From positions 1 through 64,000 of the IMG/VR virus record IMGVR_UViG_3300020576_003495: DNA of 64,000 bases. One strand, given 5' to 3'. The notes beneath the pieces were generated by a model. The model searched no databases. It was given only the letters and a program-made list of their open reading frames with translations, and was not told where the DNA came from. A program made the translations under genes and the position numbers. Each line of letters opens with the position of its first letter. The stretch's first letter is position 1. Origin of the DNA: a virus. Taxonomy: Duplodnaviria; Caudoviricetes. This document shows positions 24,501-32,453 of this stretch, one piece after another.

Positions 24501-27013
24501 CACATGCTGTCCAGATGTTACAACCCGAACGACAAAGACTACAAGGACTATGGGGGGAGAGGGATCATAGTCTGTTCTTCTTGGAAAGAGTCATTCGAGA
24601 TATTTCTGAAAGACATGGGGGAGAAGCCACAGAAGAAATCATTAGACAGGTTGGATACGAATGGGAATTACAGCTTAGACAATTGCAGGTGGGCGACAGA
24701 TTCGGAACAGGCGCGGAATCGCAGGGCCAGTGTCTACATCGAATTTATGGGGGAGAGAAAGCACCTAATCGAGTGGGCTGTTCAGATGAACATGAAACCA
24801 GCTACGTTAGCCGCGAGGCTGCGGAGAGGGTTGAACCCGACAGTAGCCCTTACCATGCCTGTCAAGCCTTGGTGGGGGGATTCAGTAAAGACTGCATCGT
24901 AAGCATTGAAGCCATAACACCAGAAGAAACTTTTGATTTAACTATCGCGGGTAGCCATTCATTCATTGCTAACGGGATGGTAGTGCACAATACAGTGCCC
25001 AAGAAGACGAAGTGGGCAAAGCCGTTACGCAGGGCGTATATTGCCCCACCCGGATTTGTGGTGTGCAATATCGACTACGGGCAAGGGGAATTACGCATAG
25101 CCGCAGATTTAAGCGGTGACCCTGTGATGTTGAACGCCTATGCCAACGACCTTGACTTGCATGCGGTTACGGGGGCGGGTCTTGCCAAGATTGATTTTGA
25201 AACGTTCATGTCCTACAAAGACAATGAAAACCCCGCCCTAGCTAAGATTTACGAGGATAAGCGTCAGGCGGCAAAGGGAGCTAACTTCGGCTTGGCTTTA
25301 CCTTCAAATAGTGTTTGCTTAACTAGCAATGGCAATATTAAAATCCAAGACGTAGAAGCACACCATAAACTGTGGGACGGATTGGAGTGGGTTAATCATG
25401 ACGGTATTATTCATCAAGGGTGGTTCGAAGTCTTTGAATGGGACGGAGTTAGCGCAACACCAAACCATAACGTCTGGACAGAAGACGGAAGAAAAATCGA
25501 ATTGCAGCAAGCCGCTAAAGAAGGTGCCAAGCTTGCAAGAACTGCAAGCGTTTCTGGAAAGCCGATCCTTCGGTACGATGACGTTAGCAAAGGGGGAGTC
25601 TCCACGGTTCTATTCGGACATAGTGCGAATGGATTGCTCTCTGTGCGGAACCTTTCATCAAGTTCGAGCAAGGGACTTATACTTGGGGCATACCCTTGGT
25701 GGGAAATGTGCAAGAAGGGACAAGTATCACGGAGACAAACGCGCCCAAGTTTTAGGGGCACGTTACGACTGTATGGTGCAGCGTTGCAACAGAGATACAC
25801 ACAAGCAGTCAAAAGACTACAAAGGGAAGGGAATAAAGTGCTTGTTCGAATCACGAGAGCATTTTATTCGTTGGGCGTTGGAAACATTCCCTGTGGGGAG
25901 TTACAAGGGTTTGGAGTTCGACAGGATAGACAACAAAGGACACTACTCACCAGAAAATCTTCGATTAGTCTCAAGTTCAGAGAACCATCGCAATTTGGAT
26001 CACAACGTCTTCCTGACGTATCAAGGCGTGAAGATGTTTTGGGCGGATTGGAAAAGTCCTTACCATCCCCGAAGAACACAAGCGTTTGCCAAAGCGGGTT
26101 TAACGGGAGGGCAGATAATTCAGCGAGCCAAGGATTCAATCGCCAAGAAGTGCAAAAATTGGAGAGTGTTGCAACAACGCCTAGAGACTCTTGGTTATGC
26201 GCCGACTACGGGGATAACGACACCTACGTTTACTTTTATGGGGATCGTGACCCCGTGGAAAGAATGGAAAAGCCCTTACAGCTTGGAGAAGACGAGAGAA
26301 CTGGTGTACGCGGGGTTGTCAGGGGAACAGATTATCGAGCGATGCAAGAACGTAATCGCAAAGAAGCAGAAGAATTACGAAGCCTTGGCTTTAAAACTGA
26401 AAGAGTTAGGGTATATGATATTCTGAACGCTGGCCCCCGCCGAAGATTCACTTGCTCGGGTGTTCTTGTGTCAAACTGCTACGGCATGGGCGCAGAGGGT
26501 TACAGGGACTATGCAGAGATAGCCTACAGGCACGTTATGACCTTGGAAGAGGCTACAATTAACCGTGATTTATTTTTCGAAACTTATAAATACCTTATCC
26601 CATGGCACGATAGGTACAAGGACTTCGCCAAGAAGTACGGCTACACGCACTCCCCGCTAGGTCGAATTAGGCATTTACCGTTGTTGAATAGCTCAGACAA
26701 GCAGGTAGCGTCCAAGGAACTGCGTAGAGCAGTCAACTCGCCCGTGCAAGGCTGCTTGTCTGACATGTCTTTGTGGGCAACATCAATTATGCATCGTGAA
26801 GGCTTGACAAAGAAAGCCCCGGTGGTGATGATGTGTCATGATGCGTTGGTGTTTTATCTTCCCGAAGACAACGTGGAGTATTACGCGAAGCGGTACAAAG
26901 AGATTATGGAGAATCTTCCCTTTGAACAAGTGCATTGGAAACCGAAGGTGAAGTTTTCCTGTGATGTGGAAATTGGCCCCTCGTGGTCTGCGCTCACCAA
27001 GCTTAAGTTATAA
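21488..27013 (+). CDS. polA: family A DNA polymerase with N-terminal UDG-like domain, 3'-5' exonuclease and three inteins
   Basis: DLETTGL, ANLKYD (exo); TGRIS..P.LQ, motif A IDYGQGELR, motif B RQAAKGANFGL/CYG, NSPVQG, motif C HD. Confidence 0.95.
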   Translation: MGKLILWSKGIDPNQSKMLPPLLKGTGVTCRNIGFKEGELPESAVGDVVIALGNHPLDELKKQGIVPKNRTIGSMRGVEKALPSGASLFVSYSFSIRSVDYSLSIDLCGDIKLAVRKLLTGSVKPPALDFQWVQDLTGVIEQLDALVASKKTMVDVAIDLETTGLVAYDKSTWIVTFQISLDTKSSRVIHFDQDFQPRNPKGAATCREELIWLQVNYILTHPQVSMKGANLKYDLNWLHEKWGIHCTNFKMDTLLVGSLLDENRSNSLKTHAHVYTIYGGYELELNQNYDIARPQDVPPDVLLPYCGYDTTVCLEAAEKMRHELVTYRYPATLDGVGDVHDLPMLANFYIKILHPAARAYEEVEQVGVLVDTVYYNKFKRELQADTKNNAVRALAMLPGRIKAKYRDNLDLSRAAMLGCFFFSKLGMKLKPVMFTPKPDKKTGLPKPSTAMEHFLKFEKNPVAAPFIKVVKEYKDISKTLSTYVVGFMKHLRYDDRFHAGYSLYRGALESDERDAGAVCFPSGELILTNRGYLPIEDVKINDLVISHTGEPKAVFDFIPNGIKPIKKVTLSNGLSLRTTNNHPYLSNGAWVNAEDLKVGDSVTVHSDVEVWKPVPDWGYSVSSWGRVKSHYSGKIIKAHQKGKWGHLKVQFARNGSQVRGEDRRDFSLHRLVALAFIPNPEGHTEVMHLNGIAWDNTVGNLAWGSGKTNRDDASQQGRLNKTRGSQAKLTWESVQLIRASTLSDGVLGKMLGVARESVRDARTGKRWNKDPQWTYPNNFYEASVVCIEDQEPEPTFGVSVADNYSHVSGGVVTHNTGRISITDPALQCLEGSTTVLTEKGEHTILSVVQGVERGEGFTVLTHTGEWKPVIGAYRNGVQPLLRITTKSGATVECTTNHPWLTDIGFVKADKLEVGASVWRYYEEAARGGGDENRALDSRAGLGYDSGRPSEIRLPVRMWNHSGASGGVTDCNDSEHVLWLLQAGQANNTWSQPQREDIIYLLVMAAHAVQMLQPERQRLQGLWGERDHSLFFLERVIRDISERHGGEATEEIIRQVGYEWELQLRQLQVGDRFGTGAESQGQCLHRIYGGEKAPNRVGCSDEHETSYVSREAAERVEPDSSPYHACQALVGGFSKDCIVSIEAITPEETFDLTIAGSHSFIANGMVVHNTVPKKTKWAKPLRRAYIAPPGFVVCNIDYGQGELRIAADLSGDPVMLNAYANDLDLHAVTGAGLAKIDFETFMSYKDNENPALAKIYEDKRQAAKGANFGLALPSNSVCLTSNGNIKIQDVEAHHKLWDGLEWVNHDGIIHQGWFEVFEWDGVSATPNHNVWTEDGRKIELQQAAKEGAKLARTASVSGKPILRYDDVSKGGVSTVLFGHSANGLLSVRNLSSSSSKGLILGAYPWWEMCKKGQVSRRQTRPSFRGTLRLYGAALQQRYTQAVKRLQREGNKVLVRITRAFYSLGVGNIPCGELQGFGVRQDRQQRTLLTRKSSISLKFREPSQFGSQRLPDVSRREDVLGGLEKSLPSPKNTSVCQSGFNGRADNSASQGFNRQEVQKLESVATTPRDSWLCADYGDNDTYVYFYGDRDPVERMEKPLQLGEDERTGVRGVVRGTDYRAMQERNRKEAEELRSLGFKTERVRVYDILNAGPRRRFTCSGVLVSNCYGMGAEGYRDYAEIAYRHVMTLEEATINRDLFFETYKYLIPWHDRYKDFAKKYGYTHSPLGRIRHLPLLNSSDKQVASKELRRAVNSPVQGCLSDMSLWATSIMHREGLTKKAPVVMMCHDALVFYLPEDNVEYYAKRYKEIMENLPFEQVHWKPKVKFSCDVEIGPSWSALTKLKL
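23042..23932 (+). mobile_element. intein 1 (297 aa) with in-frame NUMOD4/HNH endonuclease
   Basis: CFPSGELILT...TNNHP...VVTHN/T; EVWKPVP..YSVSSWGRVKS, HRLVALAFIPNP..HLNG..DN. Confidence 0.93.
23969..24991 (+). mobile_element. intein 2 (341 aa) with endonuclease encoded in the +1 frame
   Basis: CLEGSTTVLT..TTNHPW...TFDLTIAGSHSFIANGMVVHN/T. Confidence 0.93.
24249..24902 (+). CDS. HNH endonuclease nested out of frame in intein 2
   Basis: GGAG at 24240-24243 before ATG; IGRWTVV..CQCECG..SCGC..SWQHMLSRC..YGGRGI.VC..DMGEKP..LDRLDTNGNYSLDNCRWAT. Confidence 0.9.
   Translation: MKKQRVVAGMKIGRWTVVQDLGTILDGHRRYVCQCECGTIRELRAGSLTVTTPSMSCGCYRRDRLTTHGHNRRGKTSSTYWSWQHMLSRCYNPNDKDYKDYGGRGIIVCSSWKESFEIFLKDMGEKPQKKSLDRLDTNGNYSLDNCRWATDSEQARNRRASVYIEFMGERKHLIEWAVQMNMKPATLAARLRRGLNPTVALTMPVKPWWGDSVKTAS
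25295..26476 (+). mobile_element. intein 3 (394 aa), Ala1/Cys+1 KlbA-like (class 2), endonuclease in the +1 frame
   Basis: ALPSNSVCLT..ATPNHNVW...VYDILNAGPRRRFTCSGVLVSN/C; excision restores KGANFGL-CYGMG. Confidence 0.88.
25398..26426 (+). CDS. HNH endonuclease nested out of frame in intein 3 (true start probably 25524-25578)
   Basis: CSLCG, YDCMVQRC..DYKGKGIKC..FDRIDNKGHYSPENLRLV; duplicated C-terminal WKSPY..AGL.G.QII.R repeats. Confidence 0.85.
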   Translation: MTVLFIKGGSKSLNGTELAQHQTITSGQKTEEKSNCSKPLKKVPSLQELQAFLESRSFGTMTLAKGESPRFYSDIVRMDCSLCGTFHQVRARDLYLGHTLGGKCARRDKYHGDKRAQVLGARYDCMVQRCNRDTHKQSKDYKGKGIKCLFESREHFIRWALETFPVGSYKGLEFDRIDNKGHYSPENLRLVSSSENHRNLDHNVFLTYQGVKMFWADWKSPYHPRRTQAFAKAGLTGGQIIQRAKDSIAKKCKNWRVLQQRLETLGYAPTTGITTPTFTFMGIVTPWKEWKSPYSLEKTRELVYAGLSGEQIIERCKNVIAKKQKNYEALALKLKELGYMIF

Positions 27014-27044
27014 TAGGGGGTAACTTACTAAATCGTAGGAATAA

Positions 27045-27854
27045 ATGACAACTAAAAAAGACAATGTTATGTTATACACACACAGTAGGATAACAGATGA
27101 CGTTGTGTTTTATGTGGGTATCGGTGCGCGTGGTCGCCCTTGGAGTGTCTACGCCAGAAACCCGCATTGGCACCGTACCGTAGCAAAGCATGGCTACATG
27201 GTCAACATATTGCAAAGTGGTTTGAGTTGGGGAGATGCGTGTAAAAAAGAGAAGCAGCTTATTGCCGAGTATCGAACTGTAAGCGGCAAGGTTTTAACAA
27301 ATTTAACGGAAGGCGGCGAGGGTGCTTACGGATTAATCCACTCTGACGCTACACGAAATAAACTCAGGGAATCGGCAAAGTACCGTAAGCCTGTTTCTCA
27401 GGCCACAAGGGATAAACTACGTAAGTGTTTTTCCGCTGTTTCTCTTAAGAACTTATTAGATTGCCACGCCAGAAACAAGGGTAAAAAGTTGCCTGATGAA
27501 GTCAGGGCTAAGATTAGTTTAGCTCAAAAAGGGAGGGTTACTACAGACGAAACAAAAGCCAAATTACGTGCTGCTAACTTAGGGAAGGCACATAGCCCGT
27601 CTGTGAAAGCTAAAATCAGTGAGTCACATAAAAAACTAGAGTTCACAGCCGAACGAAAAGCGCAGCTTGACGCGGCTAGGGCGGCACGCCCACCAGTTTC
27701 AGAAGAAACACGTGAAAAGTTGAGGATTTCTCATTTAGCGTACTACGCTAAACGCAGGGATGAAAATAAATCATTGACCCTTACAGAAGAGCAAAAAGCG
27801 AGGAAGCGTGCTAGCACTCTAAGAAATAGGGAAAAAGCTAAAGGTGTGACATGA
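27045..27854 (+). CDS. GIY-YIG homing endonuclease with NUMOD3 repeats
   Basis: LYTHSR..FYVGIG..R, LTNLTEGGEG, repeated (S/T)xETxxK(L/I)(R/S). Confidence 0.85.
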   Translation: MTTKKDNVMLYTHSRITDDVVFYVGIGARGRPWSVYARNPHWHRTVAKHGYMVNILQSGLSWGDACKKEKQLIAEYRTVSGKVLTNLTEGGEGAYGLIHSDATRNKLRESAKYRKPVSQATRDKLRKCFSAVSLKNLLDCHARNKGKKLPDEVRAKISLAQKGRVTTDETKAKLRAANLGKAHSPSVKAKISESHKKLEFTAERKAQLDAARAARPPVSEETREKLRISHLAYYAKRRDENKSLTLTEEQKARKRASTLRNREKAKGVT

Positions 27855-28084
27855 AAGAAATTGTGGCGGTGATGATTGGGACGACTATCACAAGGGACAA
27901 AAAGACGTTTTTAGAAGCCTTACAAAGTAATCGGAACATTGGTCTATTAGATCGTAAGCACATGCAGTTCATGGCCGCATGTGACTTGGGGGATCGTTGG
28001 CGTGCACTGGCTGAAGCAGATACTTTATTTTGTGTGGATGATAAAGGGGAGTATCATCCCCCAAAGGAAACCCATGACGCTTGA
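27851..28084 (+). CDS. phage hypothetical protein
   Basis: 77 aa, ATGA coupling, AAGG RBS. Confidence 0.55.
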   Translation: MKEIVAVMIGTTITRDKKTFLEALQSNRNIGLLDRKHMQFMAACDLGDRWRALAEADTLFCVDDKGEYHPPKETHDA

Positions 28085-28298
28085 ACTGCTTTATGGCGGT
28101 AGTGCTTCGGCTAATGCCGTTCATGCCTACCTGCACAGAAGAAAACGGTTGTGTGCCTACGGTGCAAGCTGCCCAAGGTGCGGAACACGAAACCAAGTTC
28201 AACTGGTGGAGTACCTTAATCCACCCGCACGGTGGAAGTGCCGGTCGTGCAAACAAAAGTTTGTTTATGAGCCTCTAATAAAGGTAGAATGCAAGTAA
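28074..28298 (+). CDS. small Zn-ribbon protein
   Basis: CPRC..WKCRSC; AAGGA RBS. Confidence 0.6.
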   Translation: MTLELLYGGSASANAVHAYLHRRKRLCAYGASCPRCGTRNQVQLVEYLNPPARWKCRSCKQKFVYEPLIKVECK

Positions 28299-28322
28299 TT
28301 GCAGCATCCCTTGGGGCTAGAC

Positions 28323-30206
28323 ATGATCAAATACGCAAAATCTGTAGACGACAACGGTGACGGCCCACAGATTCATTTTATTAGAAAAGCGTCCAAGAAG
28401 GACACACAGGTAGTGACTTCTGATGTTCTCATCATGGAAGATGAGTTTCAGGGTCTGTACATTTCTAATAAAAAAAATACTAACGTAGTCATTGAACCAC
28501 CCTTCAATCCCCTTGTTCTAGCGTCCTTAGTTACCCGAAACAACATTCTTCAGCAATGTATCACGACGATGGAAGTCAACATCGACGGTACGGGTCACAC
28601 GTTTGATTTACTTGAGCCTGAAGAAGACAAGGAAACAGGGGACGTTGGTGGAGGCGATACAGAAGTTAAAGAGCCTGAACCCCTAAAGGACAGTGCACCC
28701 GCTTCCGAGGGGACAGCAGTGGCTAAAGTGCTAAAGTTCGCAAAGAATCCCACAGATATACCGCAGGACGCCTTTGCTAATACACCCCAACCTAACCCCT
28801 CAACTACCGTTCCTGTACCGTCTAATCCTGCAACGGCTGTGGGCGCTGGGCCTAAAGAAACAGAAGAATCATCCCCCGAAGTGGATAAAGAAAAGGAAAT
28901 GCTTGAGCATTTCTTTGATGAGCCTTTCCCCGGCATGTCCTTCGTTACACTGCGCAGAAAGCTGCGTGTTGATTTAGAGGCGACCGGAAACGCTTACATG
29001 GAAGTCATTCGGAATCTCAAAGGCGAAGTTGTCTTCCTTCGTCACCTAGAATCCGTCATGATGCGTCTGGTTAAGCTGGACGCCCCCGTGAATGTGGATG
29101 TCGCCGTGATGCGCGGCGGCACTGAAATCACAGCAACACTACCCATGCGTGAGCGCCGTTTCTGCTACAAGGTGGGGGCAAATCTTGTCTTTTACCGTGA
29201 TTTTGGATCATCTCGCCAAGTTAACAAAAAGACAGCGGCGTGGATTGAGCCTGATGATAAAAACGTAGATCAATCCTTGCTAGGCTCTGAGGTTATTCAC
29301 TTCACGGTCAACAAGGACTTCAGAACACACTATGGTTTGCCTCGCTGGATAAACAACCTGCCTTCTGTACTTGGCTCACGAAAAGCCGAAGAATACAACC
29401 TTGAATTCTTTGATTCAGGCGGTATCCCCCCGGCAATCATGTTCATCCAAGGCGGTGCGCTGGTCGGTGGTGTGAAAGAACAGCTTCAGCACTTCCTGTC
29501 AGGTAAAGCATCCCAAAAACACAGGGCGGCTATTGTCGAAGTCACGTCTACTTCAGGTTCTTTGGACTCCGCAGGGTCAGTTCAAGTGAAAACAGAGCGG
29601 TTTGGTTCAAGCGTGACAGACTTCATGTTCCAGAAGTACGACGATCAGACCAAAGAGCACATCAGAACATCGTTCCGTATCCCCGGCGTTCTAATAGGAA
29701 TCAGTAACGATTACAACTTGGCAACGTCTATCAGCGCCCTCAAATCCGCAGAGGCGCAGGTGTTCCAGCCTGAGCGTTTTGAATTCGATGAAGTCATCAA
29801 CAAGAAGATTTTGAAGGCGTTGGGGGCTAAACGGTACAAGTTCACGTCCAACCCAACCGTGTTCACCAACGACGAGATTCAAATACAATCCATGCAGTAT
29901 GCCGCCCCTGTATTGGGTGGTGAGGAAGTTGTGAAGACGCTCAACGCCATTACAGGCTTGTCAATGGAGTATTCTGAGGATAAAGACCCCACCAAACAGC
30001 AACAACTGGGTATGGGGGGCGATATGAGCGACGGTATGGGTGGCGGTGACCCAAGTGGCTACGGGGATAGTCCCGATACAGGCTACTCACCCCAAGGACA
30101 GCCAAACAATTTCAATTCTGATGCTCAGTGGGGAAATAATCCCCCCGCGTTTGGTGGAAATGAAATGGGAAGCCCTCCCCCCACAGGGGCTAACGCCACG
30201 TATTGA
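28323..30206 (+). CDS. portal protein
   Basis: IEPPFNP, DLEATGNAYMEVIR, EVIHF..YGLPRW, YNLEFFDSGGIP; upstream of the protease. Confidence 0.9.
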   Translation: MIKYAKSVDDNGDGPQIHFIRKASKKDTQVVTSDVLIMEDEFQGLYISNKKNTNVVIEPPFNPLVLASLVTRNNILQQCITTMEVNIDGTGHTFDLLEPEEDKETGDVGGGDTEVKEPEPLKDSAPASEGTAVAKVLKFAKNPTDIPQDAFANTPQPNPSTTVPVPSNPATAVGAGPKETEESSPEVDKEKEMLEHFFDEPFPGMSFVTLRRKLRVDLEATGNAYMEVIRNLKGEVVFLRHLESVMMRLVKLDAPVNVDVAVMRGGTEITATLPMRERRFCYKVGANLVFYRDFGSSRQVNKKTAAWIEPDDKNVDQSLLGSEVIHFTVNKDFRTHYGLPRWINNLPSVLGSRKAEEYNLEFFDSGGIPPAIMFIQGGALVGGVKEQLQHFLSGKASQKHRAAIVEVTSTSGSLDSAGSVQVKTERFGSSVTDFMFQKYDDQTKEHIRTSFRIPGVLIGISNDYNLATSISALKSAEAQVFQPERFEFDEVINKKILKALGAKRYKFTSNPTVFTNDEIQIQSMQYAAPVLGGEEVVKTLNAITGLSMEYSEDKDPTKQQQLGMGGDMSDGMGGGDPSGYGDSPDTGYSPQGQPNNFNSDAQWGNNPPAFGGNEMGSPPPTGANATY

Positions 30207-30208
30207 AA

Positions 30209-30231
30209 GAAGCCCTACGGGGCTTTTTTAT
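30209..30231 (+). terminator. rho-independent terminator
   Basis: AAGCCC stem, short loop, GGGCTT followed by a T tract. Confidence 0.8.
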
Positions 30232-30285
30232 TAGGTACGCTGCCTCTGTAGTACCCTTGTAAAAATTCTATTTTGCGGGGTTCCC

Positions 30286-31308
30286 ATGTCCGATCAAAGC
30301 ACAGTATTCAAAGCCATAAACGACGAGCAACGGATTGTTCAAGTCGAAGTTTATGCTCCCAACTCCCCAGACAGCGACGGCGACATCATGGATGCGCCGA
30401 CCATTGAGCGCATGGCACATGACTTCATGCGAACCAAGAAGCTGGACAAGATCGACGTGCAGCATGACAACAACAGCTACAAGGGTCTGTCGATTGTTGA
30501 GTCTTTCATTGCCAGAAAGAATGACGATACATTCATCCCCGGCTCGTGGGTTGTAGCGATACACGTCAACAACGACGCCATTTGGGACAAGATCAAAAAG
30601 GGTGAAATCAACGGCGTGTCCATTGAAGCCTTGGTCAGCAAGACCCCCCACGTGCTTGATATTGACATTCCCCCGGTAGTCAATGGACGAACCACAAAAT
30701 CTGAAGACCACGAACATGAATTTTTTGTCACGTTTGATAACGCAGGCAAGTTCATGGGCGGCAGAACGAACATCATCAAAGGCCACTACCACGATATTCG
30801 GGCGGGTACTGTAACCATGGATTCTGACGGTGTGGGCTGCGGCAATCACAGTCATCGCTTCTCGTTCGTAGAGGGTTTCAACGTGCCTTCCGACATCATC
30901 AACAAAGAAGAAACGCTGGTGCTTAAAGCTGATCCTGATAACGACCCTTGCTCTTTCCCCCTGCTCGCATCTACATTGATGGAAGCCAGAAATATCACGC
31001 ACAAGCTGCATCTGGCAACCCACAGCTTTGCCAAGCACTTGGCTTTGGATGCGCTGTACAAAGTCCTTCCTGACTTGACTGACGCTCTAATAGAAAGCTG
31101 GATGGGTAAGTATGGGGTTATTCCTGTTTACCCAGCAGCACACCCTTTGGAGTCTGGCGACCCTGTTTCGTTTATTGACAGTCTTAGTTCCTTTTTCACA
31201 TCTTGTCGTCAGTGCATCCCCCAACGGGATACGGAGTTGCAGAACGCGGCGGATGAGATTCAGACCGAAATCAACGACGCATCCTACAAGCTGAAGAACC
31301 TTTCGTAA
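30286..31308 (+). CDS. XkdF-like prohead serine protease fused to a C-terminal ferritin/Dps-like helical domain
   Basis: VYAP..DSDGD..MAHDF..DVQHD..VESFIA..GSWV..W..IKKGEINGVSIE; C-terminal HKLHLATHSFAKHLAL..Y..L.DL.D.LIE..MG.YG. Confidence 0.88.
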   Translation: MSDQSTVFKAINDEQRIVQVEVYAPNSPDSDGDIMDAPTIERMAHDFMRTKKLDKIDVQHDNNSYKGLSIVESFIARKNDDTFIPGSWVVAIHVNNDAIWDKIKKGEINGVSIEALVSKTPHVLDIDIPPVVNGRTTKSEDHEHEFFVTFDNAGKFMGGRTNIIKGHYHDIRAGTVTMDSDGVGCGNHSHRFSFVEGFNVPSDIINKEETLVLKADPDNDPCSFPLLASTLMEARNITHKLHLATHSFAKHLALDALYKVLPDLTDALIESWMGKYGVIPVYPAAHPLESGDPVSFIDSLSSFFTSCRQCIPQRDTELQNAADEIQTEINDASYKLKNLS

Positions 31309-31317
31309 GGAATCGCA

Positions 31318-32451
31318 ATGTTTGAAACGATATTAAAAGGCGGTGTGGGTTCTGGCCGACACAAAGGCATCCCCATGTCCAAGCTGTACAAGCTAGTGCA
31401 TCGTGAGTCGGGGAAGATCATTGCTGAAGGAACTTCAAAGCACATCACTTCGATGAAAAAAGCCAAGAACAAGGAACACGGTGACGGTACGCATTTCGTG
31501 GGGATAGGTAGTCCGAAAAGCACGCTTGGTGGTTATTGGAGTAATTCACACACACCTGAAGGCGTAAAGAAAGAAGAAACCATGTCAATCCTAGACACCG
31601 TTAACGAGCGGTTCAATGCTCAAAAAGAATCCCGCGAATTGCAATTACTTTCACCGTTGGAAAGGATTGCCAAGGCGATTCAGGATGATGTGATGATTTC
31701 CAATCCGTGCCTTGTACATAAAGATTGGAAAGACTGGAACGATAAACACAAGCACTTAGCGCAAGGGCATGAGTCGGCGCTAAAGTATCACGATCGCGGT
31801 TCTTTTGAATTCAAAGGACAGAGCGCTGGCGACCTTCATAAGAACGCTGCAAACCTTCATCGCACAGCGCTAGCCGCACACCAAAAGGCGCTTATTGAGC
31901 CTTCGGAAGAAAACCCCAAGAAGGCGATGTGCGCTACGGGGGACAGCAAAGACGCAACTTATGCAGCGATTAAATCTACCCCCGCCTACCAGCCTAAAGG
32001 GTTTGTGAAGAAAGAAGACCTTGAGTTGATTTACAAGGATTGGACAGCTTGGAATGATGCCAAGCGTGGGATGACGCCGACAGGTGAACACACGGGAGCG
32101 CATTTACGTCCTGCATCCAATCCAAAACCGGGTATGGCTTTCAGGTTTGCTGCTACACCCAACAAACACTCCTATGGCGGTGAGAGTACACGTCTTGACA
32201 ATCACCAGTTTGACCACAAGACCTACAACAAGAATCCGAACCCTTCGGCACACCACGCCCCCAATGCCCCCCAAGTGGCTATTGATGCGACAAAAGAACG
32301 CGCCGAGAGTCATATTGACGAAGCCAATAAGAATCGCCACAGTTATCCCGGAGAGAAAGAGTTGGTTCATTCGAAGCCACAAGCCCCTAAGAAGCAAGGA
32401 CGGTTTGCTCACTTTATGGATAGCCTAGCTCGAATGGGCAGCAGTGGCTGA
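31318..32451 (+). CDS. putative internal head/ejected protein (multi-module)
   Basis: MFETILK-GGVGSGRHK leader, two internal K-DW.xW motifs, His/Lys-rich; lies between protease and scaffold. Confidence 0.65.
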   Translation: MFETILKGGVGSGRHKGIPMSKLYKLVHRESGKIIAEGTSKHITSMKKAKNKEHGDGTHFVGIGSPKSTLGGYWSNSHTPEGVKKEETMSILDTVNERFNAQKESRELQLLSPLERIAKAIQDDVMISNPCLVHKDWKDWNDKHKHLAQGHESALKYHDRGSFEFKGQSAGDLHKNAANLHRTALAAHQKALIEPSEENPKKAMCATGDSKDATYAAIKSTPAYQPKGFVKKEDLELIYKDWTAWNDAKRGMTPTGEHTGAHLRPASNPKPGMAFRFAATPNKHSYGGESTRLDNHQFDHKTYNKNPNPSAHHAPNAPQVAIDATKERAESHIDEANKNRHSYPGEKELVHSKPQAPKKQGRFAHFMDSLARMGSSG

Positions 32452-32453
32452 TC

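Noticed and set aside
24249-26426. Out-of-frame HNHs as sequencing frameshift artefacts
   Set aside because: This would need paired compensating errors in two inteins; both frames are open for hundreds of codons, and the first HNH has its own RBS and stop
26804-26832. TTGACAAA inside polA as a promoter
   Set aside because: Poor -10 match (GATGAT)
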